From a virus: DNA of 64,000 nt. Shown one piece after another: positions 41,558 to 50,001 of this stretch. The position numbers and the translations under genes are program-made. Location of the stretch: positions 49,046-113,045 of IMG/VR virus record IMGVR_UViG_3300037493_003022, one strand, 5' to 3'. The notes below the pieces were generated by a model that did no database searches, had not been told where the DNA came from, and was given only the letters and a program-made list of their open reading frames with translations. The stretch's first letter is position 1; each line of letters starts with the position of its first letter.

Positions 41558-42385
41558 CTACTTTCTCAACATGTTAAGAAAAGCATCAGGATTCTCAAGG
41601 CACGCTTCATGGAGCTTGTAGAACATCGAAGTCCCCCAGTTGCCTCTTTCCGCCTGGGAAGGGTGCTCAAAGTGATGGCAGAGTGCTTTTGAAGTGAAGA
41701 CACCCTCGCCCATCTTCGCGGTCATGTAGGTGTCCTCTCTCGGGAGCCTTCCGAACTCACCAATCTCTGAGCACTCCTTCAAGAAGGAACTCCTGCGGAG
41801 AAGGATGGCTTGCGTACCCGAGCAGGGAATCAGACACTCCAGAGTTTCCGTGTATTGGAAGTATGGAATGAACCACGGGTACTTCTGCGTCCACATTTGA
41901 ACAGACGGATCCGCGATGTCAACTGGAGTATCGCGGTATCCATCTGCCGCAAAACTCGCGGGAACCAAGAGGCAAGTAGGAACAGCCCACGGGGTTTCTT
42001 CTCGGATGATCGCATTGATAAGTCCCTCTGAGCAGTTGGGTTCAAGAACTACGTCATCGTCGATCATGAGAACGAACTCATTGCGAGCTTCCCTAACGAG
42101 TTCGAGTCGGGCAGCTCCGATGCCCTGCTTATTGCGGTTTCGAAGAATCTTGATTCGGACACCCTTTAGAGAAAGGACATCGAGGGCTTGGTTGATGCAG
42201 TAGTTCTCTGAGACCGGCTTCTTTGCCTCGTCAAGAAGAATCACTTCCGTTGGGAGATTCGTTTGGTGAGCAAGCGCCATGAGAACCATAGGGAGAGTTT
42301 CCTCTCTGCCGATGGTAGGAATGGCGGCCGAGTACACACGAACTTTCCCGGCGTCACTTGCAGTTGATTTTTGAATCTTTGCCAT
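41558..42385 (-). CDS. Glycosyltransferase, GT-A (GT2)
   Basis: AAIPTIGR, EVILLD, GIGAAR, MIDDD, RED. Confidence 0.85.
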   Translation of the reverse strand: MAKIQKSTASDAGKVRVYSAAIPTIGREETLPMVLMALAHQTNLPTEVILLDEAKKPVSENYCINQALDVLSLKGVRIKILRNRNKQGIGAARLELVREARNEFVLMIDDDVVLEPNCSEGLINAIIREETPWAVPTCLLVPASFAADGYRDTPVDIADPSVQMWTQKYPWFIPYFQYTETLECLIPCSGTQAILLRRSSFLKECSEIGEFGRLPREDTYMTAKMGEGVFTSKALCHHFEHPSQAERGNWGTSMFYKLHEACLENPDAFLNMLRK

Positions 42386-42728
42386 TTTTCAACTCTCTTT
42401 CTCTCTTTCGACGATATTGCGTTTCCGCATTTTTAAGCTGACCACATTTCTTTCGGGCAGCTTTCTCTTCACTCAAAGGGAATATACACGACTCAGTAAT
42501 GGGTGAACCAAATCCCATAACAAAATGGTCTATTTTAACTCTTGATGAAGTTAAGGTTCCCAAGTGCTCAATCCTAATAGCCACTAATTTAGCTACATGG
42601 ATTGTATAGTTCTTAATCGGAGTTTCTTTCTCATGGCCGCACTCCCCGCAAGCTTCAAATATGTTCGTAGGAACGATCACATAATGAAGTTCTCCGAGAG
42701 TGAATTTAGACTCAATCGTCGTTGGCAT
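42354..42728 (-). CDS. Hypothetical protein
   Basis: Probable start MPTTIESKF; CGECG motif. Confidence 0.5.
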   Translation of the reverse strand: MPTTIESKFTLGELHYVIVPTNIFEACGECGHEKETPIKNYTIHVAKLVAIRIEHLGTLTSSRVKIDHFVMGFGSPITESCIFPLSEEKAARKKCGQLKNAETQYRRKRERELKNGKDSKINCK

Positions 42729-43014
42729 TTGAGGACCGCTTCTCTCTTGCGAGTTTAAGTCTTTCAGACATAGCCAACCGTTGCTCATCTGTAATCGTTC
42801 GAGTGCTATCTTCCTTCAGAACTTGTCCCTTTAGCCGGTGGTTATACTTAGCCCACTCTAAATCAGGGGTTGCCTTTTTATAGGGCATCCACGAGTAAAG
42901 AGGGCAGGCATTGACTCCGCAGTCATCCTTGTCGTCAAAATAATAACCACAGCATTCATGACACTTGGCTAGGATAGCCTCCGAACGAGTTACTCTGTCG
43001 TTTTCTTGAACCAT
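42712..43014 (-). CDS. Conserved Cys-motif phage protein
   Basis: AILAKCHECCG...C...CPLY pattern. Confidence 0.6.
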   Translation of the reverse strand: MVQENDRVTRSEAILAKCHECCGYYFDDKDDCGVNACPLYSWMPYKKATPDLEWAKYNHRLKGQVLKEDSTRTITDEQRLAMSERLKLAREKRSSNANDD

Positions 43015-44054
43015 TGTTGAGCCTCCGGGATCAAGTGACCAATTTGGTCTTCAGTCAGTTCATGTCTAAAGGACTTACGTCCTTCCTCTTGTGTACTACC
43101 CTCTCGGGTTGCTCGCTGGATGGATTCGTAAGCGGGATCCCAAAAACACCCGGCGCACGTAGGTTTTCGGGAAATTACCTCTGCATATTTAATGGCGTTC
43201 GAAGGGATAACCAAGTCGAGAACATGAATCTCAACTGGCAAAGGTTGGTCAACACAGAGCCTGAGCATTCCATCTGCGTCGATGGTAAGCACGCTCTTAT
43301 CGTGGCACTTCCACGACTGCCGCAAGAAATTTTGGGGCCAGAGGTCGAACCAACCCGGCTCGTTGTGCATGAGGAATCGACCACTCTTGGCCATCAAAGA
43401 GAGGGTCGGGGAAACTCCTTCAATCTGCTCTTGGGAGGGGAGGTCGTTCCGATCACCGCTGGAGTAGTCGTACTGGAAGATGGGAGCAGGGCACTGAAGA
43501 GGAGTGCAGATGCTCCAGATACCCTCTTTCGAGAGCATCTTTACGATGTCGGGCATAGAGTCGATGTTATGCTTCGTGACTGTTATGCACGTAACGAGAT
43601 CCCTTATCCCGAAGTTATCTCGGAACATTTTAAGGGCTGACAACCCATTCTGTGACTTCAAAAGGGCTGGCTTATCGGGAGATAGTTTCGGGGTATCACC
43701 ATCAAAGGAAGTGCTCCAGTTGGACAATCCGTGGTCAACTAGATTTTTAGCGTACTCTCTATCTTTTAGAACACGTACAGAGTTAGAGATAACTGCGTGT
43801 TTAACTCCGAGCTTATTACAATGCCCAATGAACATCGGAAGCTCTTCTCTGACAGTCGGTTCACCACCGAAGAAGATAATAGGTGCCCCAGGCCACTGCT
43901 TGGATATAAGCTCGATGGTCTTCATGACCTGATATGTACCCATCTCAGGGTATCTCAGGGAAGATTTGGTAATCTTGCAGTAGCTACAATTGAGCTGACA
44001 TCTCCTTGTAAGGAGGAATTCAACTTTCAGAACAGGGATATTAGAAGCTTCCAT
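42990..44054 (-). CDS. Radical SAM enzyme with putative auxiliary (Twitch/SPASM-like) cluster
   Basis: CQLNCSYC, FGGEP, C...TIDADG...LC...CAGC. Confidence 0.88.
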   Translation of the reverse strand: MEASNIPVLKVEFLLTRRCQLNCSYCKITKSSLRYPEMGTYQVMKTIELISKQWPGAPIIFFGGEPTVREELPMFIGHCNKLGVKHAVISNSVRVLKDREYAKNLVDHGLSNWSTSFDGDTPKLSPDKPALLKSQNGLSALKMFRDNFGIRDLVTCITVTKHNIDSMPDIVKMLSKEGIWSICTPLQCPAPIFQYDYSSGDRNDLPSQEQIEGVSPTLSLMAKSGRFLMHNEPGWFDLWPQNFLRQSWKCHDKSVLTIDADGMLRLCVDQPLPVEIHVLDLVIPSNAIKYAEVISRKPTCAGCFWDPAYESIQRATREGSTQEEGRKSFRHELTEDQIGHLIPEAQQWFKKTTE

Positions 44055-44058
44055 TTGT

Positions 44059-44772
44059 TCACCCTAGAGCGGACAGAATCCGCTTGGTCCTATCCGGGCT
44101 GTACTTTCCTTCAATTGCAGCTTTAACATAGTCACGAGCGACTTTGCTAGAGCGAGGTTCAACATAAAAATCATTAAGGTTAGTATGCACGTCACTTAGG
44201 GTAAATGCAATATAGCGCCTAATACAAGCAGGACAATTACCGCAATGTTGGTAATAAAGAGAGGTCGTCATCCTTGGATGATAACAAGACCACGTTTTCT
44301 TTAACTTAAATGCGGTGCCTCCGTTTTTGAGATACCATCTGAACATGTCTATTTTATCCATGTTAAGAAAAGGAGCAGCAACTCGAATATCCTGTCCCAG
44401 AGTATTAAGCAAATTCTCCATCCCAAATAGAAACTCTGGTTTTCTATCAGGGATAGACAGCTCGTCTTTCTGAACAGTTAGATAGATGGTAGTCTTTCCA
44501 GTAACGTACTTCGCAGCAGCTAGGCATAGAAACGCATTTCTATACCAGATCGTAGCGTCGGGCTCTTCCCACTCACCGAGACCCTCTAGAGCATGAACTA
44601 TCCGAGTGTCTGGAGAAGTCTCTCGGAGAGCCCGCAATTCGCACTCTTTGTACTTGTGCCCAAGATTGAAGTAGATGGAGTCTACTTTAGTCGGATCTCG
44701 CTCCTCTGATAACACCTTATGCAGAGTGATAAACGAATCCGGTCCTCCGCTATAGAGAACGAGATGATTCAT
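44059..44772 (-). CDS. queC: 7-cyano-7-deazaguanine synthase
   Basis: PP-loop SGGPDS, YRNA, TWSCY...HCGNCPACIRR. Confidence 0.9.
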   Translation of the reverse strand: MNHLVLYSGGPDSFITLHKVLSEERDPTKVDSIYFNLGHKYKECELRALRETSPDTRIVHALEGLGEWEEPDATIWYRNAFLCLAAAKYVTGKTTIYLTVQKDELSIPDRKPEFLFGMENLLNTLGQDIRVAAPFLNMDKIDMFRWYLKNGGTAFKLKKTWSCYHPRMTTSLYYQHCGNCPACIRRYIAFTLSDVHTNLNDFYVEPRSSKVARDYVKAAIEGKYSPDRTKRILSALG

Positions 44773-44781
44773 TGGTATCTC

Positions 44782-45162
44782 CTAACCGAGTTGGGAAGTT
44801 TTTTCAAGCTGCGTAAGAAGAGCAGCTCTAATTCCTATTGCATAGGGGTCGAACGGAGAGGGAAAATTCCGGTCGTCTACGTAGACGTGGGCGTAGGGCT
44901 TTCCCATGATCAACTCATCGTAAGCAACCCCGTGCTTATCCAGCCAAGAGATAGTCTTGGTAGTATCTGACACAGGGCGAGCTGTATGAATGATCACATG
45001 GACACCCTTGTTGTGCAACTCCCACATGATGTCGATGACAGCTTGGATGGGATCGCAGTTCTCGTATGCCCAACCTGCGGAATCAGAGTACACGTCTTGA
45101 ATAGTACCCGTGGCAATGACTCCATCCAGGTCGAAACAAATGATGGGGACTCGTGCTTTCAT
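44782..45162 (-). CDS. Small HAD-superfamily phosphatase
   Basis: FDLDG, HTAR, MGKP, YVDD motifs I-IV. Confidence 0.85.
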   Translation of the reverse strand: MKARVPIICFDLDGVIATGTIQDVYSDSAGWAYENCDPIQAVIDIMWELHNKGVHVIIHTARPVSDTTKTISWLDKHGVAYDELIMGKPYAHVYVDDRNFPSPFDPYAIGIRAALLTQLEKTSQLG

Positions 45163-45731
45163 TTTGAATCCGAGCGAACCTTCATCAAATCGAAAAATTC
45201 TTCCTTGGGAATTTCTCCTTTGATGTCGGAGGTGACGGTCACATGATTGGGTTTCTTAACTCCCCGCATCGACATGCACATGTGAGTACCTTCGACAACA
45301 ACGATAACTCCTTGCGGCTTTACTTTCTCGTAAATGAAGTTCGAAATTTGAGAGGTGAACTGCTCTTGTATCTGAGGTCTCTTCGCAAACCAGTCTACGA
45401 TTCGACCAAACTTAGAGAGTCCAACAACTTGGTCATTTGGAATGTACCCAATATGAACCTTGCCGTAAAACGGAACCAAATGATGCTCGCAGATCGAAAA
45501 ATAATTTATGTCGAGCACCGCAATCATTTGATTGCAGTCACCTCTGGAGAACGTAGTTATGACAGGCTCTGGCTCGCGAAGACCTGATGTCAACTCAAAG
45601 TACATCTTGGCGACGCGCCTAGGAGTATCCAAGAGACCTTCCCTGCCCGGGTCTTCTCCAATCGAACCCAACAATGTCAAAATAGAATCTTCAACATTGT
45701 CGATTCGACGTTGGGAAATCTCTTCTGTCAC
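45159..45731 (-). CDS. folE: GTP cyclohydrolase I
   Basis: REGLLDTPRRVAK, CEHHLVPF, GLSK, RPQIQE, HMCMSMRGV. Confidence 0.96.
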   Translation of the reverse strand: MTEEISQRRIDNVEDSILTLLGSIGEDPGREGLLDTPRRVAKMYFELTSGLREPEPVITTFSRGDCNQMIAVLDINYFSICEHHLVPFYGKVHIGYIPNDQVVGLSKFGRIVDWFAKRPQIQEQFTSQISNFIYEKVKPQGVIVVVEGTHMCMSMRGVKKPNHVTVTSDIKGEIPKEEFFDLMKVRSDSK

Positions 45732-46132
45732 TTCTTGGCTCCCGGCATTTGGATAACATTTTTGATCTTTGAAATCTGATCGTTGACCTGAGACTGCGCC
45801 TGAGTTCGGGCCATGTCCATCTTCAACTCGGAGATGGTCATCTTAGCTTGAATCATGCAGCTCACATCTTCGAGCATACTCGAGCACATGTTACGAACTT
45901 CACGAAGAGAAGCAGCGTGGTTCTTCTCAACGGAAGGAAGGTCGGTGATGGCGTCGATCTTACCGTCGTCAAACTGGACGAGAAGGACGGCGGTGATGGT
46001 CTTTCTCGACGTGCCACTCTCCTCGGGAGCTTTCACGGGAAGCTCCTGGGAAACAGGCGGCGCAGCTTCCGGGGAAGCGCCTACGGGTTCACTGTCGTCG
46101 TTACCTTCACGATACGGAGTCTCAGTTGCCAT
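45728..46132 (-). CDS. Hypothetical protein
   Basis: AAGGAG SD; lies within the que operon. Confidence 0.6.
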   Translation of the reverse strand: MATETPYREGNDDSEPVGASPEAAPPVSQELPVKAPEESGTSRKTITAVLLVQFDDGKIDAITDLPSVEKNHAASLREVRNMCSSMLEDVSCMIQAKMTISELKMDMARTQAQSQVNDQISKIKNVIQMPGAKK

Positions 46133-46142
46133 GGCTTCTCCT

Positions 46143-46841
46143 TTATCTCACTCTCATAATGATGTGAGTCTGTGGTATGACTCTCCAGGTTTCCCCGTAG
46201 AGTTGTTTTCTTTTCAGGGAAAAGGCTAACGCCTCATTCACATTCTTCCGCCATTCCCAACCCACAACTCCTCCAGCGGGAGTCTGTGGCTGAACTATCA
46301 GGTTCATCAAGGATGAAGTGGTCAGATTGAGAGCGCAAGTAAGATCACCTTCGTTGAAGTTAACTGGGAATGGAATAAGAACCTTGAAGGAGGTAGCTAA
46401 CTCAAGAACATTAGGCCCTAAAGGAACAACCTTGGGGCTAACAGTAATTTCAGAAAAATATCCAAGACAGTCATCTACTTCTGAAACGTGACTAGAAAGG
46501 ATTCGCTCGGCGGCTAAAGACCCGTTTGTTTCGAGATGCAGCTCCATCCCCAATTCTTTTATCGAGGATAGAATCTGACTATCAACCTGGAGAAGAGGCT
46601 CGCCTCCAGTTATCACGCAAGCGAGACCTCGTGGTCGGATATGCCGGATCTGACAACAGTCCTGTATGTGCTCTAGGATCGTAACTATCGACAAGTCTTC
46701 CCCTGTATCGTGGGGAGTATCGCAGAACTCACAGACAGTATTACACCCAGAGAACCTAACGAAGACAGAGGGTCTGCCAATATGAGAACCTTCACCTTGA
46801 ACAGACAGAAAGATTTCGTTTACTTTATAGGTCTTAGTCAT
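46143..46841 (-). CDS. queE: 7-carboxy-7-deazaguanine synthase (radical SAM)
   Basis: EIFLSVQGEG, FVRFSGCNTVCEFCDT, TGGEP, ETNG, VSPK, QTH. Confidence 0.95.
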   Translation of the reverse strand: MTKTYKVNEIFLSVQGEGSHIGRPSVFVRFSGCNTVCEFCDTPHDTGEDLSIVTILEHIQDCCQIRHIRPRGLACVITGGEPLLQVDSQILSSIKELGMELHLETNGSLAAERILSSHVSEVDDCLGYFSEITVSPKVVPLGPNVLELATSFKVLIPFPVNFNEGDLTCALNLTTSSLMNLIVQPQTPAGGVVGWEWRKNVNEALAFSLKRKQLYGETWRVIPQTHIIMRVR

Positions 46842-47293
46842 CTTACAAGAACCTCATGTTTAGCGAAGGACGTAGGATTCTCCCAAACCTCAACGCTATG
46901 AACCGTTGCGACAATATGATTGTCACTTAGGATTCGAGGAAAAATAGAAAGAGACAGGTATTCAGCCATACCCTCTGCCGTTGGGTTGTATGGCATAGAA
47001 TATGGGAGTTCGATACCGGATATGCTTTCGTTTTTGACGAGGTTCTCAAAATATTCGGTGAGAGGATCATCGATACTCAGAATTAACTTATGGTCCCACT
47101 TTTCGTCAAGCCAAGTCTGAAAGTATCTTTTGATAACACCGAAATCTAGCGAAATTTTGCGTGCATCAAGGGATCGTGTCGAGAGAGTGACAAAAACTTG
47201 ATAGTGGTGACCGTGGATATTAGCGCACTTACCTTCGTATCGGTACAGGCGATGCGCAGCGTCAAAAGTTAGTTTCTTTGTTACGGAAATCAT
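46838..47293 (-). CDS. queD: 6-carboxy-5,6,7,8-tetrahydropterin synthase
   Basis: FDAAHRL, CANIHGH, LDFG, WDH, NPTAE, VWE. Confidence 0.95.
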   Translation of the reverse strand: MISVTKKLTFDAAHRLYRYEGKCANIHGHHYQVFVTLSTRSLDARKISLDFGVIKRYFQTWLDEKWDHKLILSIDDPLTEYFENLVKNESISGIELPYSMPYNPTAEGMAEYLSLSIFPRILSDNHIVATVHSVEVWENPTSFAKHEVLVR

Positions 47294-47580
47294 CTTTTCA
47301 CCACGATTAGTCTGATTGCAGTTTTCTTAATTCCGTCAGCTAGTTCGTCAGCAAAACAGGGAATGACTTTCAAATCCCACCCATAAGAGGCACCCATTCC
47401 CCGAGCGATAGCTACAGCCTTCACGGACTGATTTACGGCTCCCGCTCCCATAGAGATAAGTGAAACAGTCTTTCCTTCTTGGATGTACTTGATTACGGCC
47501 CCTGCAACCTTTGAGGCTTGCGAGCCCCCTGCAACTCGAAGTTCCATCTCGTCAACTGTGTCATCGTGCTGTGTCTTCAT
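47290..47580 (-). CDS. spoVS: SpoVS-family protein
   Basis: KVAGAV...MGAGAVNQSVKAVAIARG...IPCF. Confidence 0.88.
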   Translation of the reverse strand: MKTQHDDTVDEMELRVAGGSQASKVAGAVIKYIQEGKTVSLISMGAGAVNQSVKAVAIARGMGASYGWDLKVIPCFADELADGIKKTAIRLIVVKR

Positions 47581-47588
47581 GTCATCTC

Positions 47589-48140
47589 CTAGCGCATGGA
47601 TTTGCGAACAACCTCAACAGCTTCTCGCTGATGATTGTTCGTCAACTCCATGTACCCTAACACAGCACGACCCAATTGAGCTAACCCAAAGGCATCTGCA
47701 TGGTTGTCCGTCTTAAAGGCGATTCCGTACTTCGCCGAGAGAGCAGAGACAACATCTAACTTCTTACAGTTACCTTTGCCAGTAATAAACTTCTTCAAAG
47801 TCGTAGGAGGAACTTCAATAGTTGCATCAGCAAATCCGCAGATTCTATCCCTAAGGATACCTCCGAACTCGCCTAGCGTTACGACAGACGCCCCTTTGGC
47901 CCCAAAGGCATACCCTTCTATCAAGCAAAGCTTAGGAACAGTTATCTTAATAATGTCAACGACGTTGTTCGCCAACTTATTGTATCGCTTGAGTCTACCT
48001 TCGAGAGTCTTATCTGGTTTAGAGGAAAACTCCATATAAGAGTCCCGTCCATCTTCTGTAAGATACACTACTGCCAAACCCGTTAATGATGGGTCAACAG
48101 CTAAAACACCGTGCTTAGGCAGTAGCATATACTCGGTCAT
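47589..48140 (-). CDS. RuvC-like Holliday junction resolvase
   Basis: AVDPSLTG, IEGYAF, PTTLKKFITGKG, NHADAFGLA. Confidence 0.85.
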   Translation of the reverse strand: MTEYMLLPKHGVLAVDPSLTGLAVVYLTEDGRDSYMEFSSKPDKTLEGRLKRYNKLANNVVDIIKITVPKLCLIEGYAFGAKGASVVTLGEFGGILRDRICGFADATIEVPPTTLKKFITGKGNCKKLDVVSALSAKYGIAFKTDNHADAFGLAQLGRAVLGYMELTNNHQREAVEVVRKSMR

Positions 48141-48631
48141 GCTGACCTGAATTTACTTTCTTCGAAGTCAGCGGACCTTCTAGAAATCTCTCTGGAGATG
48201 GTGGAATACTTATTTTCGTAACCTTCAAGAAGAGCTTTGATCATCTTCTTCTCGGCTTCAGTTACGAGAACCTTGGCCTTGATCTCTTGGATGTCCTTCG
48301 ATTGCCCCACGCTAGCTTTGTGCTCAGTGACAGTCTTGTAGTCGCCCTTGGACTTGAAAAGTCTCACCTGTTCTGTAACCGCGAGTTCTGTCGAGAAAGC
48401 GGCGTAATTCGTCTCTGCGATAGCGAGCTGATACCGAGCGTAGCTGGCCCATCCTGACCAGGACGTGAGATGGTAAGCGAGTTCCGTACTTTCAAGGTCG
48501 GCCACATTCTCAGGCCATTCCAGAATTCCGGCAATTGGTCTTGAAGGGATTGGAAGTCCAAGTTCTTCCACGTAGGCCCGCGCCTTTTGAAGTGTTTGGC
48601 TATCTTCGTGGTCATGTTGTTTCTCCGGCAT
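48137..48631 (-). CDS. Helical protein, possibly UvsY-like recombination mediator
   Basis: All-alpha; ISREISRR tail; recombination gene context. Confidence 0.45.
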   Translation of the reverse strand: MPEKQHDHEDSQTLQKARAYVEELGLPIPSRPIAGILEWPENVADLESTELAYHLTSWSGWASYARYQLAIAETNYAAFSTELAVTEQVRLFKSKGDYKTVTEHKASVGQSKDIQEIKAKVLVTEAEKKMIKALLEGYENKYSTISREISRRSADFEESKFRSA

Positions 48632-48639
48632 GTCTGACC

Positions 48640-49524
48640 TCAGTTCTTGAAGAGAGCGAGTTCATCAAAACTCTTCTGACCAAAGCAATGAGAACAGCGA
48701 GAACACTTCTTCGCTGGCTCTTTCAGCATAGAAATACATTCTTCTTTTCTATCAGGAAGAGTGTGATTCCTAATTGCTTCTTCTACTATCCTGGGCTTCT
48801 GAAGTTCCAGTCTTGCGGCCCTAGAGTCTAACTCCAGAAAGAACTCCTTCTCTGCGGAATCATTCTTCTGAATATACAGAAAGATAATTCCCACTGGAAT
48901 AGGAGAAGGGACATCGGACTTATAGTTACGAATCTTGGATTGAACAATAAGTTCCGCGTAGATTTGGGCTTGCAGTTTATGACTCTCGTAGGGTTCATCG
49001 AGAGAACCAAATCCAAAACTATTTATGGTCTTAATTTCAAGAACGTACCATCTGTTTTCGATCAGAATGAGTCCGTCAGAGTGGCCAACCGCAGGGAGTT
49101 CGCAGCCCTCCAGAGGAGATAGAACTGGGACTTCTCGATAGATGAAGTGCCTACTTGAATCAGAACACGCGGGGTTGCTACATGTCTTCGGGGTGAATCC
49201 AAACTGGAAATAGTGGCAATGAGAGCACTCCCAGCGACCCCAAAGAATTCCCATCTTAGACAGGTATTCATTCTGATACCAGGCGTGGAGAGCCGTGCCG
49301 ACATCCCAAATCCTCTCGGTCTTGACATCGATGGACTTGGCTTTCGCTGGTCCAAGAAGCTTATCGAGGACAGAGAGGCGAGGACACATCCCGGCGAACT
49401 GGGAAGGGTGCCAGCCGTCCTCACGGGGCTCTTTGTTGATGGCCCTTTCACGAAGAAATTGAGACAGGGTTGGAACGAGTTTACCTGGACTATGGACTTC
49501 TTTGATGAGATCCTTGAGGCTCAT
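48640..49524 (-). CDS. Cas4-like PD-(D/E)XK exonuclease
   Basis: HPS...CPR, GTALH, GHSDG, EIKT, QAQIY, C-terminal Cys cluster. Confidence 0.82.
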   Translation of the reverse strand: MSLKDLIKEVHSPGKLVPTLSQFLRERAINKEPREDGWHPSQFAGMCPRLSVLDKLLGPAKAKSIDVKTERIWDVGTALHAWYQNEYLSKMGILWGRWECSHCHYFQFGFTPKTCSNPACSDSSRHFIYREVPVLSPLEGCELPAVGHSDGLILIENRWYVLEIKTINSFGFGSLDEPYESHKLQAQIYAELIVQSKIRNYKSDVPSPIPVGIIFLYIQKNDSAEKEFFLELDSRAARLELQKPRIVEEAIRNHTLPDRKEECISMLKEPAKKCSRCSHCFGQKSFDELALFKN

Positions 49525-49562
49525 TCGGTATCTCCTAGTATGTCTGTGCTATGTCTGAAATC

Positions 49563-49590
49563 AGAATACGCTTATCTTTTAGAAATGCAA
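49563..49590 (-). promoter_or_regulatory. Sigma70-like promoter upstream of the nuclease/que operon
   Basis: TTGCAT-16 nt-TATTCT. Confidence 0.4.
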
Positions 49591-49599
49591 GTCCTTTGT

Positions 49600-49806
49600 T
49601 CAAGCCCTGATGGCGTTTGTTAGGTCCAATTCACACTTACATAGTTTGCAAAGAAGCCAAACTACGGACTCGTTACGATTTTTAACAGTGACGGCTGTTT
49701 GCGCGAAACACTCAGGGCATTTCTGCCCGTCATGAACCGTATATGGGCCATCACATTCCTTGCTAAACGAAGGAGTAGCCTTTGTAAATTGTCCAGCTAT
49801 AGTCAT
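49600..49806 (-). CDS. Small zinc-finger protein
   Basis: CPEC...CKLC. Confidence 0.5.
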   Translation of the reverse strand: MTIAGQFTKATPSFSKECDGPYTVHDGQKCPECFAQTAVTVKNRNESVVWLLCKLCKCELDLTNAIRA

Positions 49807-49830
49807 AAGGATTTAGTACCACTTTCTCGG

Positions 49831-49917
49831 CATTCGGGCTAGGAATCGAACCTAGAATCTTCGGGACGAGAAGATTATGGCCCCACTAAGATAATTCTCA
49901 GATGGCCCATCCCGAAT
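49831..49917 (-). ncRNA. tRNA-like RNA (non-canonical)
   Basis: 7 bp acceptor-like stem ATTCGGG/CCCGAAT, canonical T-arm CTAGG-TTCGATT-CCTAG; the other two arms are non-canonical; no encoded CCA. Confidence 0.6.
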
Positions 49918-50001
49918 AAGAAGCCGCCACAAGTAATTCTCACGGACCATCCGTAAGAATTGACCCAAAGACGCATAGACAACCCTGTGGCGGCCCCAAA
50001 A

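Noticed and set aside
49831-49917. Canonical tRNA-Asp(GTC) call
   Set aside because: No D-arm consensus, no U8 or U33, 7 bp stem and no variable loop; kept only as tRNA-like.
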